64,000 nucleotides of DNA from Hyphochytrium catenoides (taxonomy: Eukaryota; Protista; Hyphochytriomycota). Of the stretch, positions 26,401-38,963 are shown one piece after another. The position numbers were made by a program, and so were the translations under genes. The stretch spans positions 1 through 64,000 of the forward strand of contig FLMG01001193.1 in assembly GCA_900088475.1 (NCBI GenBank), in the 5' to 3' direction. Positions within the stretch are counted from its first letter, which is position 1. Each line of letters starts with the position of its first letter. Under the pieces are notes generated by a model. It was not told the DNA's origin, ran no database searches, and saw only the letters and a program-made list of their open reading frames with translations.

Positions 26401-29400
26401 GATGGTTGCCTCCAAGTGAACCTTAACGTCCACTATTGACTCTAATTGACATTTAAGGGCCATTACTGTTGCATCCATGTCTGTCCGAGGGTCTGCATTG
26501 TCTCTCTCAGCGGAGTCCAGCTTCTGCTTCAACTCCAAGATTTCAAAATCTTTCTCTTCTGTAAGATTAGTGATCTGTGACTCTAAGAGAGATATCTGCT
26601 CCTTAGCTTTGGAGGCTTCACTTTCGAGTGCGCCAAGGGCACGAGACTGCTCGTCAACGACCGCTGATTGCTAGAGTTGCCCATGTTGAGAATTGGATTT
26701 CGGAAATTTTCAGCATAGTTACCTACCTGCTCAACTTTATGCAGCTGTTCTTGCAGCTTAGCACTGACCTCTTCCAACTTGATCTCTAGGTCTGCTCTCA
26801 TCTCGTCGGACTGAACAAGCAAATCTCGGAGCTTTGATAACTCTTCCTGACCAGAGTCAGCATGAAGTTCCTGTTCCTCAAATTCAAGGAGCTTCTGCTT
26901 CAAGCTCTCTACCTCTGCCTCAAGCGCTTGAGCTCTAACCAAGTCGAGTTAGTATGCACTTCCCACCTGCGTTGCTTGATTGGCATGGTACCTGTCATGG
27001 TCAGATGATCCTATAAGCTTCCAGTCCTCGAGCTCAGCAGTAGTTTGGTCTAGGAGTTGCCCTTTTTCTTTCAGTTCGGACCTCAGATCTGCAATCTCTT
27101 TTTGCACAATATGGTTATCCTCAGAGGCGTTTGGAGTCTGCTCCGCTTGACGTTGAAGAGTCTCAATTGTAGAGAGACTTTCAAGCAGCCTTTCTTGAGC
27201 CTTGGCTAGTTCTTGCTCATAGCGTTTCTGGATTTCCTGAGGTGTCTCTTCGACTTCAACTGCGCTAACTTGATTGAGGTAAGCCGATGCTGAGCCTGAG
27301 GACTCTGCAAGGGCCTCCTTCAGTTTTTCATTCTCCTCCTGAAGTCCTTGTAGAGACAGCTGGAAACTAGCACTTTAGCCGACTCTTAGTTGTTGGAATG
27401 AGGGCAGCAACCTAACCTGGAGTCCAGACGCTTCATCCAGGGCACCCAAAGCTTTCTCCAGTTCCTGACGTGTTGCAGCTAGCTCTCTCTCACGCTCTTC
27501 TTGATCTCGTTCCTGTGCATTGATTGTTTCCTGCAAGGTGCGCAATCTCTCCTTCAAGTCTTCTGTAGCCTCAGCAGAGCTGTTCGTGTTTGGGTCAACG
27601 TTTTCTAGTGCCCTTTTCTTCTCGAAGCTCCCGTTTGACTTGCTGGTTTATAAGTTTTAACCTTAGGATCAGCGGCTCCCAACTAGGTAGTACAAGCTCA
27701 CCTTCGTTTCTGAATGCGCTGTAAGGAAGGAGATGCAAACTGCCTTGTGAAGGCTGACGCACTGGCTATGCTCATTCTTGACACAAGCTTGTCATCCTCC
27801 TCATCTTCTTCTACCTGCAGAAAAGCTTAGGCTGCAATCGAACCCATCTCAGAATCTTGTTTGCGTACCAATCGTTGAAGTCCAAGCTGGAGCGCTGCCG
27901 AAGAGATCTCACCAGGACACCAGGTTTCTCTGCGATAGGAGCCATCAGTCAACCTTTCCAATACCAACCAATGTAACATTTACCTGTGGCGCTTAGCCTT
28001 GCGCAGTTGGCGCCTTGGTTTAGTCTCATCAATGCACTCATTCATTATTAGTGACGTTAGGCGAGATATCTTCTGAGCATGTTCCTGCCTAGCTCTCTCA
28101 AGTGCTTCTTTTTCTTCCTTTAATTGCTCTTTTTCCGCTTGCAAGTTGACAATGTCATCCTGAAGAGTCACACGGTTAACAGGTAAAGGAAGATGTCAGA
28201 GCACGAGCGAAGTTCACCTGCGTCTCTTTCTCTTGAAGGAGCTTGCGTAGCGCATGGAGCTCGCGCTTCATGCACTTCAGCTGAGCTTCATCGTCCATAA
28301 CCTCGTTCACTGCGACAACTGTGCTGATATTCTTGGCACGGGCGGCAAACTGGAGTGTCATTTTAGTTTCCTACCGTAGCGAAGGAGTCAGCTCAGTCTT
28401 TAAACAGACAGGAACTGGCCTGACGACATTCTCTGAATACCTCGGCATGTCGGTCTGACATCGTAGCACAGCATATCATTGCGGTTCTAGTGTTACCCGC
28501 AAGGCTTGGCTGTAGAATTCTTGTTAGCTTACTGTCCCTAAATGGCGCAGCTTGGCCTCCTGTTCATCAGATATAAGTCAAAGTTGGGTCGAGCAGAGTT
28601 GTCAACTTATTTTGAAGAGCATACCTTGCTGGGATAAGCCAAGGATAACCCTCGAGAGTGTAAGCAGACTCTTATTAATGTTGCTTGCCTCTCTCTGACG
28701 GAGACCCTCCGCAGCAGTATGACGAGCACTTTCACTGCCAGCCAGATCGACTAAACTTAAAGACCCAACCAACACTGCCCCATCAAGGCCTTCAGATTGT
28801 CTTCGTTCATCGATATTCTCCTGTAGAATGCACAAAACATGTCACGGGTATTGGTTGCTCACCCTGTTAAAGCGCCTACCTTGCTCTCAACCACAATCTT
28901 GAAAATGGTGTGAGACCGACTGCTCCGCTCGTTCATAGCAGTTTCGCCGACAGTCCTTCGCTGTTCGCCCAGCTTGAGCAGCTGCGTTATTTTCTCGAAG
29001 TCAGTGATGATTTCTTCATGAGATTCCACATAGACCCCTCTCCGGGGATCTTCTCGAATTTTCAAGGTTTTGGGCTGCTGTGGCATCTGTTAGCAACCTT
29101 CCAATCTGTTTAAGGACGGGTACTTCGAACGAACCTCTGGGGCTAGAAGATCTCGGATGACTTCGTTGTAGATCTCTAGGTATGACACACGTAGAAGAAA
29201 GGAGCGATCCGTAGCTGCTTCAATCTTGGAGAAGATTTCCTCGGAGGCCAACTGAAGGATGCCTGGGGAGGCTTCCGAGCCTAAGACGTAGCGCAGTAAG
29301 GACTTTTTTCCTGGACGGATCCAATGACATAATCTACCTTGCATAGTGAAGGTCTTTCCTGACGAGGTCTGACCGTACGCGAATATGGTTCCGTTGAAAC

Positions 29401-29736
29401 CTTCCACGACGGAGCAGACGATCCTTTTCGCCGATTTCTGATACACATCATAGGTAGAATGCTCTTCGCCAAAGACGTGGTCATACTGGAACACGTTGCT
29501 ATTTCCAGCCAGAGGTTTGCCGGACCCGTCGGTCATCTGGATCGCGTTCATTTGTGGCAAAACTCTCCATACTGCTTTTTCATTGTTCTTGATCTCTCTA
29601 GCGTTAAGCGGGCGCATCCGAATGCAGACCTGTTCATAGAGGAAATCAGAGTTCTGCACCTAATTGCTGGCTGGCATTGGGAGTTTCGTACCGAAATACT
29701 CTCTGCGGAGCTCTGTGAGTCGCTCTTGCTCGTCAT
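20495..29736 (-). CDS. kinesin-7 / CENP-E-like motor with very long coiled-coil stalk (many exons)
   Basis: [73 protein letters not shown]. About 7 kb of E/K/Q/L heptad exons. Ends PGECNQQ*. Confidence 0.92.
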
Positions 29737-30441
29737 GGCTCCGGGTTGTTCCTAGAAGACCTTCTTCCCACCTCTTATTTCGATGTTCTTCCTACCTCTC
29801 TGGCCCAAGATCTGTGCCTCAGCGAGGCTCCACAAAGCGTCGTGGGCCGTCTGCAGATAGAAAAGTGATGCTGACATCGGCTGGGCTGGAAGAGTGTGAA
29901 GCCCCGCTCTCGCGGCGAAATAAAGTCTTGGCGCGCTGCTCGCTCTCTCTATCCGCCTTGTCATGTATATGTGTAACCCCTGGGAATCAGGTAGTAGTCA
30001 GGCGTTAGGTACGGCCCGCGATATGTATGTGCATGGGTGCCCTAAATTACCCCCTGCTTATTGGTAGAAGAAGAAAAACGCAACTTTTGAATTTCGAAGC
30101 TGGTCGGAGGAATACTGGCTAGTTAGCCGGTAACCGTAATAAACTCTTCCAGGTCATGTTTCGTAGGCCTATACAACTACCGTTCTCTCTATCTGCAGCT
30201 TTTTATAGAACTAACTACTGTGGGGAGAACTATCTAGACTGCTTTCTTTCTCTCCTAGAGAATAAATAAGACAGTCTTCCAAAAATAATCACTCATTTGT
30301 GCATGCATAGCTCTACTAGTCATAGAGCGCCTTCCAGCGGTGGTGCACGGAGCCCGGGGCAGTCGAATATGAGTATGATGTTCACAGACTGACTGCGGTG
30401 AAGGAGGACTTTGATGTCAAAAAAAAGTGATGGTTCGTTGA

Positions 30442-32881
30442 TTATGTTATGAGGCGACCCTTAAGTGCGTCACAATGGAGCGATAGAGGTCCTTGGCCTC
30501 CCTCGTGATACAGCTTTCTTCACAATCTCCATGAGACACCAGAAGGCTGCAATGGACATGAAAGCAGCGCCGTATTAGTTACTGTAGTGAAGCGTCATGC
30601 ACTGCCCCATATGCTCTGTGTAGGAAAGATGTAGAGTCTGAAGTTGACGATACCTCTGTATCGCTTCTTGAAGGTAGAGCTCCGCCTCGGCTAAGGTCCT
30701 TTCGGATACAGCAGAGACTTTGGCGGCTTTGTACAGCTGGTAGACGAAAAGAGGAAGTTTCAAGTCAAAGAAGCCACATTGCCATGGCTGACAGTACTAG
30801 TGGCCCACTTACCTGTAAGCTCAACACTGGGTGATTCTTAACATAAGCACGTCGATAGGCAGGCAGTGACATCCAGGCGTACGTTGTCGCTCTAGAAAAG
30901 TCCTGCATTCATAGCAATTCGCATCTTATAAGTCATAAAAAGGTGAAAAAGGTTGTGGAAGGCCTCATCAAGAGACACCTGTTTGTCAATTGCGGCAGTT
31001 AGGAGGTCGTTCGCTTTGCACATGAACTGGTAGTTGATCGGGCTGACGAGGTTCTGCAGGCGAAAGTATCAGAATATCACCTCTAGTGCGCAAAACCAAG
31101 AATCTAGCATCATATACCTCAAGTGCCTTGTATTCTCTCTCTCTCCTGCAAACACATAGAGTTAAGAGGTGATTGGTTTAGTACACACTTCAAATCATAC
31201 CTATTTACCTCGCCCTCAAAGCTAGACAACATCCCTTTTTCCTCCTGCTAGGGTGGTTAGGAGCCAAGTTGAGGGTTTTTTTCCCATCAGACATCAACCT
31301 ACGGCGAGGACAACCAGAGTCTGGAGGTCAAGCTTTGAGACCTCCTGACAATCTCTGCATGACCCGCAATGCTCTGGATATGGCGTTTCCCCTGGACTGT
31401 AAGGAGGGCATGGAGCCTTCTTGCATCTGAAGGACTCCATAAACTCATCCAGTGACTGGGCTCCATATATCTAGCCAAAGTATGGTTAGAAGATCATCTG
31501 AGAGGCCGATAGATACACTGCCGCCGCCAACCTGACACCGTGCGCAAGTGCACTCGAAGTAGTAAGACCTCAATAATTCCCTGAGCAGTCAACGGTGAGA
31601 ACCAAGCTAAGCTTCCTAAAAGATATACCATCCGTACTCTTTCCTGAGGGCTCTTGGCGCCCCAACATCAATATAGCCTAGCTGCGGGAAGACTAGTATG
31701 AGACTACTCACCCAAGGCCTGATCAAATAACTCTGAAGAAGCGGCTCTACCGTTAGCTCTTCACCTGGCTTTATCTCTTTAATTGCGCGTATGCGTTGCT
31801 CCACCGTTTGTTTCTTGAAATCATAGAGCGCGACGCAATTTGGAGCGCAAGAATGGTTGAACATTGAAGTGGGTACGTATATCCCTATTGATATGAAGGT
31901 CAAGAAAGCTGCAGATGCCATACATTAAGAATGCCCCTCACCTAGACCTAGAGGCTGGAGTTCCTCGTCACAGACTGTGAAACCATTGCAGACAATTCGA
32001 GCAAAGAGCTCGGTTGCTGGGTATCCCGCCGTGAACTTATTCAGGGTACTTTGCCGTTCCTCCTTCCGACCTCCAAGCATAGCCCCTAAAACCTACATTT
32101 AGTTAGAAGGTCAGTTTCGACAACGCCTCAATGGATTCAGGCGTACCCATGAGAGCGCAACAAGGTTCTCCAGTTGCTCTTGACTGTGCTTCTCTGAGGA
32201 GCATTTCGATTACAACAGTGAGTGCTTGAAGATCCCCTGCTGGTTGAAGCTCTCGCGTTCCCTTACCAATGTTGCTCGTTAGGGTAAAGAAGTCATCCAC
32301 TAGACCGCCAAGAACTTTCGCTTCCGACTCCGCAAGCCGATGCCGTTTCGTCAGAATTCGGAACAGTAGCCGCACAGTCTTTGTTGGTGTCCGCGGCTGT
32401 GAGAGGCTCCGCTTAGGACTGCTTTCAGGTAGAGGATGAGAGGAGTGAACAACTTACAGTCAATCGCTTCAGTGCGGAGCACTCTTCCTTGTGGTCAGCC
32501 CAGTCCGATTTCTACTCATCAGCAACTGGTCAGCTCCTTATTCTCGGCGCTGCTGTTTAGAGGCGAACCTGACAAGCTCTGCCACAGTAAGATAGTGTCT
32601 TGCATGAAGTGCAGCGCCTCACATCCTTCGCCCGCATGCAGTAGCTGCAATGACTACCTAGTAGGGCATCGTCCAGACACTTGGCAATGGGTATCGTGAT
32701 AGCCACAGTGGAGCCTGGAGGACAAAGTCCAAATAGATGAGACGTCAGCCACACTACTGGCAAAAGAGTAATGTTTTAATGCGCTTGAGTGATGACCTGG
32801 GGAAATATGCTTCGTTGCAATGCAGTGGCGTCCTTTTTGAGCCTCTCTTCGGACTTCATAAGGTACTTCCGATGTAGACAT
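30442..32881 (-). CDS. SET and MYND domain lysine methyltransferase (SMYD-like)
   Basis: KGRHCIATKHISPG, MYND CSYC..CTSC..YCGRACQ..DWADHKEEC, CNGFTV, FNHSCAPNC, post-SET YYFECTCARC, TPR-like tail with HPV and LLVSHG. 3' end approximate. Confidence 0.9.
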
Positions 32882-33891
32882 CGTTATGATGGTGTGCTAT
32901 GAGGTATATATGTGCACTAAAATCGATTGCCAGTCATTATGACGTGAGTTTTGAAACCATTTGGGGAGTGCATCGTCTACTTCTTACAGCTCTTCTCATA
33001 CGTTTCCATACAAACTGACGAGATGTCAGACATCGCATGTTCAGATGCTCTGCTTCCAGAGTGGAGCCGGGCCCACCGAGATGATGGGTGATGGATGATG
33101 GGCGCTGATGATCTGGATGTTGATCTTCAGAAGTTTGGTCCAAGATACTCCGTGCCAGACCTCCCCTGGGTCAGCCGCCACTCCAGTAAACCCCCTTGAC
33201 AGGAGGCGAGTGTTTCAGATCTCCCCTCTGACAGAGGTGGATGTTCCTCCATCTGTAAAAAAATATAACTTGATCTGTGACCTTTCTTCGTCGTCCTGCC
33301 GTTTTTCTATATTCAGAATCACCATCTTATTGTTGGAGATTTATTTTTGTCTGTATTCTGTAGACAGTACAGTACACTATTTTCAGGGAACCTCTTGCCT
33401 CTTGTTAGTTACATCATACCTATTTCTGATCCGGTCTACCTCTATGCGGGATACTCGAGCGGGTCATTGAGCTAAATGCGGGAAGGGAGGAGGTGCGTTA
33501 GTTCTGTCTTCAGGCTGGGAAGCGACACAGAGCTGAAGGATGAATCATGAAGGCACCGCGCCATCACCTCTCTCTTGTACATACATCGTCGCTCGGAGGA
33601 GGTGAAACGATGCGAAGAAGCAGATGAGAGACGCTATGTCTCTTACATTCTTCGCTTTCCCAAGTCCCGATTGAGGACTATCCTCTTGTGTGGATTTGGC
33701 GCTGGTCGTCTCGCGAGCCCAGACAGGTGGACGGAAGTTGTCCGGGTCAAGTAAGGAGGGGTCGCCGCACTAAGTTACACGCTTCGCATTGGCCATCAGG
33801 GATGACTGTCTAGTTGGCAAAATAGCATTCAGTACCGGTCCGGAGGGGAAGTCTGTCCCCATCCCGGTTGCCCAGCACCACCACTCTCATC

Positions 33892-35860
33892 ATGAGGTCG
33901 ATTTTGTTCTCCCTTCTGTATGGCGTCTGGATAGCCCTTCCAGGCGTTCTGGCTGCTCCCAAGAATAACGCAACTGAGATCGTGCGCGTTCCCCTCTACT
34001 GGCATCAGAAGGGACCATTAGTAAACTCCTCCATAGCGCTAGCCAAGAAGTCATTGTCGAAAGGTGACGATGTCGTCAAAGGTAAATCATTCCTTACCCT
34101 TATGTAACTTTTGTTGCTGGGCTTATACCTTGCACCTTGCATGCAGTGCAACTGGCTCAGAGCAATCATAATCGGGCGCTCACTTTTTATGGTTTTATGA
34201 AGATTGGTACTCCACCACAACTCCAGAGTGTGATCTTCGACACTGGGTCGTCAGACACCTGGGTCCAGGGCGATGATTGCCAGAACTGTAATGCGGCTAC
34301 CACTTTCCGTCCATCTGACTCCACTACGTTTCAACGGAAGTGCAAAGGCCTTCGAGCTTGTCTCTTCCAAGACGAATATGGCTCAGGATCGACATCGGGG
34401 ACCATTGTCCAGGACAAGGCGTGCATAGGGGACTGGTGCCTGGAAGATCCTTTGCAACTGGGCATTGCTGAGGAAGAGACGGGAGATATCCCACGAGTCC
34501 TAATGACAAGTGGGGTTTGTGGCCTGGGGTTCTCCTCACTTGCTAGGTATTCAGTTCCCTCACTTGCAGGTAGGTTATATAGGCTGCGACACAAGGAATT
34601 TGAATAACTGACGTTCATTTATGGCGTAGAACGGATGGGAGTGTTCTCCTTTGCACTACGCCCTAATGGAGAGTCCATTATGACGGTGGGAGGAATAGAC
34701 GAAACACTGCTGGGAGAAGGGGAGGTATGGCGGGATATCAAGGTTATAAAGGTGAGTCCGATCATCCCTCAAAGTTAGACAGGAGAACTAGGTCCTCAAA
34801 TTATTGCTTCGTCTCTTTAATCCAGTACAACGGCAAGTTCTCGTATTGGACCGTCTCCTTAACCCAAATGTCCATTGGAAGCTCCACCGTTTGCTCTGGG
34901 GAGTCTCCCTGTGTCGCGATCATGGATACTGGGACCAACCTTATCGCCGCACCTGCCTCCCTCTTTGAAAAGGTGAACCGGACCCTCAGACCCTCAGACA
35001 CACCCTTGCATATGCTAACCGCAAAACCTGCAGACTATGAGGATCTTCCGAGAAGAGTTTGGGTGCCAATTAGCTATGGGAATTGCCTACGTGTGCGATA
35101 AATCTGTAAGGTCGAAGTTGCCGAACCTGTCGTTCTCCCTTGAGGGACTTGATGGACAGTCTTACACCTTCACTATGGGTCCTGACACTTACGTCATCCC
35201 GTTGGAGAGCACAAGCTACATAGAGATTGGGATCATAAGTAATCCATTGGTGGTGAGTCCGTTAGACACGCTTCCTATCTGGACGATATCTTTAAAAAGA
35301 GTCCTGGCTTGCCCTACAGGAATCTCGGGCTTGGATTCTTGGTCAGACATTCTTGATGCAGCACTACGTCGCTTTCGACACAAAGACGCCTGCAGTATCG
35401 ATAGCTTGTCACCCTGACTCCTGCGAGGGGCACACGCTCCCAATTGACCCACAACTCCAGCAAGCCACTGCGAACGATGATACGTCAAGAATTCTGATCA
35501 ACGATATGACGGGCATTATAATGGTAGTACTGGGAGCAGGTAAATCTACCATCGTTAACTTTCTTTGGTACAGCTCTCTTGTCTTTTATCTCACCATCCT
35601 TTCCCTGGGCAGTGTTCCTGGTAGCTTCGATGGCACTTTGCGTTTCGATGATGGTGATGGAGAAGTCTATGTCTACACCGGCAGGTAAGGAAAGTGCCAC
35701 GTCATCCTTGTCTTCAGATGAGTCATCACTTACAGCTCCATCTGCTAGAAGTGGCTGGCGAGGTTTCTGTCAATTCAAGCTTGATGGAAGCTTTCAAGGA
35801 GCCGCTTCTTCATGGCAGTGCTGGCGTCTAAGAGGATGCGCCTGGGCTATCATACAATAG
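33892..35860 (+). CDS. pepsin-like (A1) aspartic protease with signal peptide and C-terminal TM
   Basis: IGTPPQ..VIFDTGSSDTW, YGSG, GVCGLGF, AIMDTGT, WILGQTFL, hydrophobic segment at ~35505-35660. Last exon ambiguous (stop at ~35830 or 35860). Confidence 0.92.
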
Positions 35861-36027
35861 TTAAATATCATTAGGTAGCGCCTGGCTTTAAGCTACCCTA
35901 GAATAAAGGCTGGGATGCTATTATAAGAATAGCTCACAGAGTGATCAATGTGAACCATTCAGACCCCCACAAGAACGCCTTCTCCCTTCTAACATGTACG
36001 ATGCCAACAAGGCAGTCCTAATCGGTC

Positions 36028-38247
36028 CTAATAGCAGAGACAAGCAGTAAGCATGTCCAGATGTGCCACTGGCTCCTCCATCACCGCTTCTAGCAACTCG
36101 GTGGCGAGCGAGCAGGCCCTAGGTAGGTCTTGACTCTCGTCCGCCGGAGTCGCATTGCACGTTCGCTGTAGATCGAAGACCAGGTGTACTAACGTCGTTG
36201 CTGCGCCTTGGGACACTGAGAGCGGATTCCTAATGTTTTCCAGCAGAGTGCACAGGTGAGAACACTTCTCATAGGTGTTCTCAAATCGCTAGTAGGGAAG
36301 AGAAAGAAGGGAAGGAAGCACGATGTTAGACTATCCGGCCACTCAAAGACTAGCTTAAGGCTTGCCGTCCGCTAACCTTTTCTTGGTACGAGACTGCATA
36401 CAAAGAGACCAACCGGCTGATGAGACGCTCTTCTAGATTGACGCCGCGCGCCCTGGATATAACTTGCAAAAAGCAATCGAGAGGGAGGATGGCCACCTCC
36501 TCAGGACATTCCTCAACAAGATCCGAAATCTCGCCAACAAACACTCGAACACAGCGCTCGATTAAGGACTGCCCAGCTAATCCTGCGATGGGACCAAGCC
36601 TGATAGCTGTGCATAGCACTTTTTGGAGAGCCTGACTTTGGAAACTAAAAGCGCCTTATCAGCGTCGATATCCTACCAACGTCTACCTAGAAGGAGAGAA
36701 AAGACCTACCCGGATATAACGGCGCAGGCCGGGGGAAAGACGCGATCCTCCAAAAATTTAGTAGTGGCGAAGACTAAGCTGCCTTCACCGTTCCTGTCCA
36801 TTCCTAAGAAATGCCCAGCGCAATGCAACGCTGATACGTTATTCTCGTCGATGTGCACCATTGTAATATCGTAGTAAAAGGTAACAGCCATTTCAAAGGC
36901 CTCAACGCCCCCTGGGAAGTCGTTGATCTGGATAGTCTGCCGCCCACTTGGGCTATTGCTACCAAGGTTGGCAAACGCCTCTTCTAACAGGCGACTGACG
37001 GGCAAAACAATCGAACTGTGGAGGCGAAACACATGTCCTTGGACCTTAACCGTGAGATTGCAGAACTTCTCATAGGACTTCCAACTGGGGCATTGCAACA
37101 GCAGCTTGCTAGTTTGAGGTCGCCCTTCCTGTTCACGTCCCCCAAACCTGCCGTCATGGCCGTTCCCCGGCCCTGCCTTCAGTTTCTTCGGGCAATTGCT
37201 CGCTACAAGGCAATGAGAGGCCTTAGGGGAAACCCTCAAAGAAAAGGACAGAGACTGACCCAAGGCAAAAGACAGAGTATTCAGAAGAAGCAAACAAACA
37301 TCCGGATAGCTTCTCTCACCTAACTTGCTTTTGTCCATGCTTGAAGTAGGTCCCAGCTTGTGTTTCCGGGTACTGCTCAAACTTAACTTTCCCATCGAAT
37401 TCATCGTCTTCATCACATTCCCCACAGGCCTGTTGGTGCCATTGTCATCCCTGGTAGCGAGTGAACCATTACACGCAACTACATCGGCCGTTGGTTGAGT
37501 CCTGCTGTTAGAATATCCAGGGCCTTGGCTGGGATAGGTGGTACGCCCTCCAGCTTGGTAATACGAGTGTTGATGCGGCGTCTTCGTTAGCGGATGTGTA
37601 CCAGCAGTACCATTGGGCTTCAGTAGCTTTGCCTTAGCCTTACTGTGCCGGATGGAAAAGACGAGATTGCGACATCGACAGCAAGAGGCCCTGGTGCTGT
37701 GCATACATGTGTCATCCTTCGGACAATCGGGAATTTTGCAACTTTTGCCACCGCCCTCTCTCCTAGCCCCGCACATACCCGCCTCGTGCTGCCCACACGA
37801 GCCATCGCAAGTACAGTGCATGCAGTCCCCCAGCTTGCGGGAGCAGCTGGCTAGCTGACAAGCCTTGCGCGCAGTGCTAGACTTGCGCATGCTCTGTTTG
37901 ACTTTCGTGGCGTGAGACTTTGGCCCTGCAGACGGTGGTGGAGGGGCAATACCAGTAGCGTTGGCTGTTGTGCCGGAAGTCAGCGGTCGAGAAGGTTGTC
38001 CACCGAGTGACGGTCTAGTAAGGGCAGTGGATCTATCTGTAACGCTACCTGCGGTAAAGTTGTCCGCTCTAGACTGGTCTATCAGCTCACACAAAGGGCC
38101 TTTCACCTCTGCACCCACTGGCCCCTGATCTTTATCGAGTAAGCGCTTGTCCACTGTATTTGCTGCTGTAGGAGAAGTCCTGCTTTGCTCAACCTTCATC
38201 ATCAAACTAAGATGCTGCTTTTGAGGCTGTTTGCTGGCGATGCCCAT
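36028..38247 (-). CDS. BTB/POZ protein of NPH3/NRL type with N-terminal Cys/His-rich module
   Basis: LTVKVQGHVFRLH..IVLPVSRLL, IQINDFPGGVEAFEMAVTFYY, NVSALHCAGHFLGM, GSLVFATTKFL, then after splicing LIERCV..EEVAILPLDCFLQVI. Confidence 0.75.
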
Positions 38248-38935
38248 CCCTGCTCTCTGCTTGTAACCTTTCGCACAGTATCTATGGAAAGTGCATGCGA
38301 TGTTGGCTTTCTAATCCTAACGTGTCTTGGACCGGCAAGTGTACATGCAGTGATCATAAAGACGGCTCTGGATATCTCAGCGCACTGAAGCAATGATCGC
38401 CTGCAGAGATATAGTCGAGAGCTTGTGGGGTTGGAGTGTGTGTTATAGCCTATGGTACAACGGGTCGTGATGCCTGATTGTGCTTCCGTCTCGGCCGAGG
38501 GTGGTCACGTTCGAAACGGCAACAGATGAGGTAGTAAGCATGCCATACCAGCATGCCTACTACGCAGGTCTAAGGTTCCGGGATGGCGGGTAAGCCAGAA
38601 GAACGCTATCCGTCCCAGTTGTTGACACTGGGGCGGATAGAGAGGTGTCAAACCTACACCTCAGTCTGGATCTTGCCCTGACACTCCAACTATCCAGAAC
38701 CGATGTGAGGAGAAGAATACTCAGAGGGTTCACACCAACAGCTGCTCAAGCTGGGAACAGTCGTTCTGAAAATCTTTGGCAAATATAGCGATGGGAAAAA
38801 AGAGAGATGCTTCCTTTCCCCTATTGCTATTCTGAGCTGCTAGTCTTCCTCAAGTCCAGCTCACACTCCTCACTGATGCTGCTAGCTTTGTCTCCCCCGC
38901 ATCCAAAGAGACGAGGATGTCGGCGACTAGCGGGC

Positions 38936-38963
38936 CTCTCTCTCTCTCTCACTCTCTCTCTCT
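38936..38963. repeat. (TC)n microsatellite
   Basis: ctctctctctctctcactctctctctct. Confidence 0.8.

Noticed and set aside
20915-28361. Many separate coiled-coil ORFs and antisense Ser-rich ORFs
   Set aside because: The minus-strand ORFs are exons of the kinesin stalk. The plus-strand ORFs are shadows of E/K-rich codons.
33225-33275. Stowaway-like terminus CTCCATCTGTAAAAAAATATAA
   Set aside because: I found no matching opposite TIR or TA duplication.
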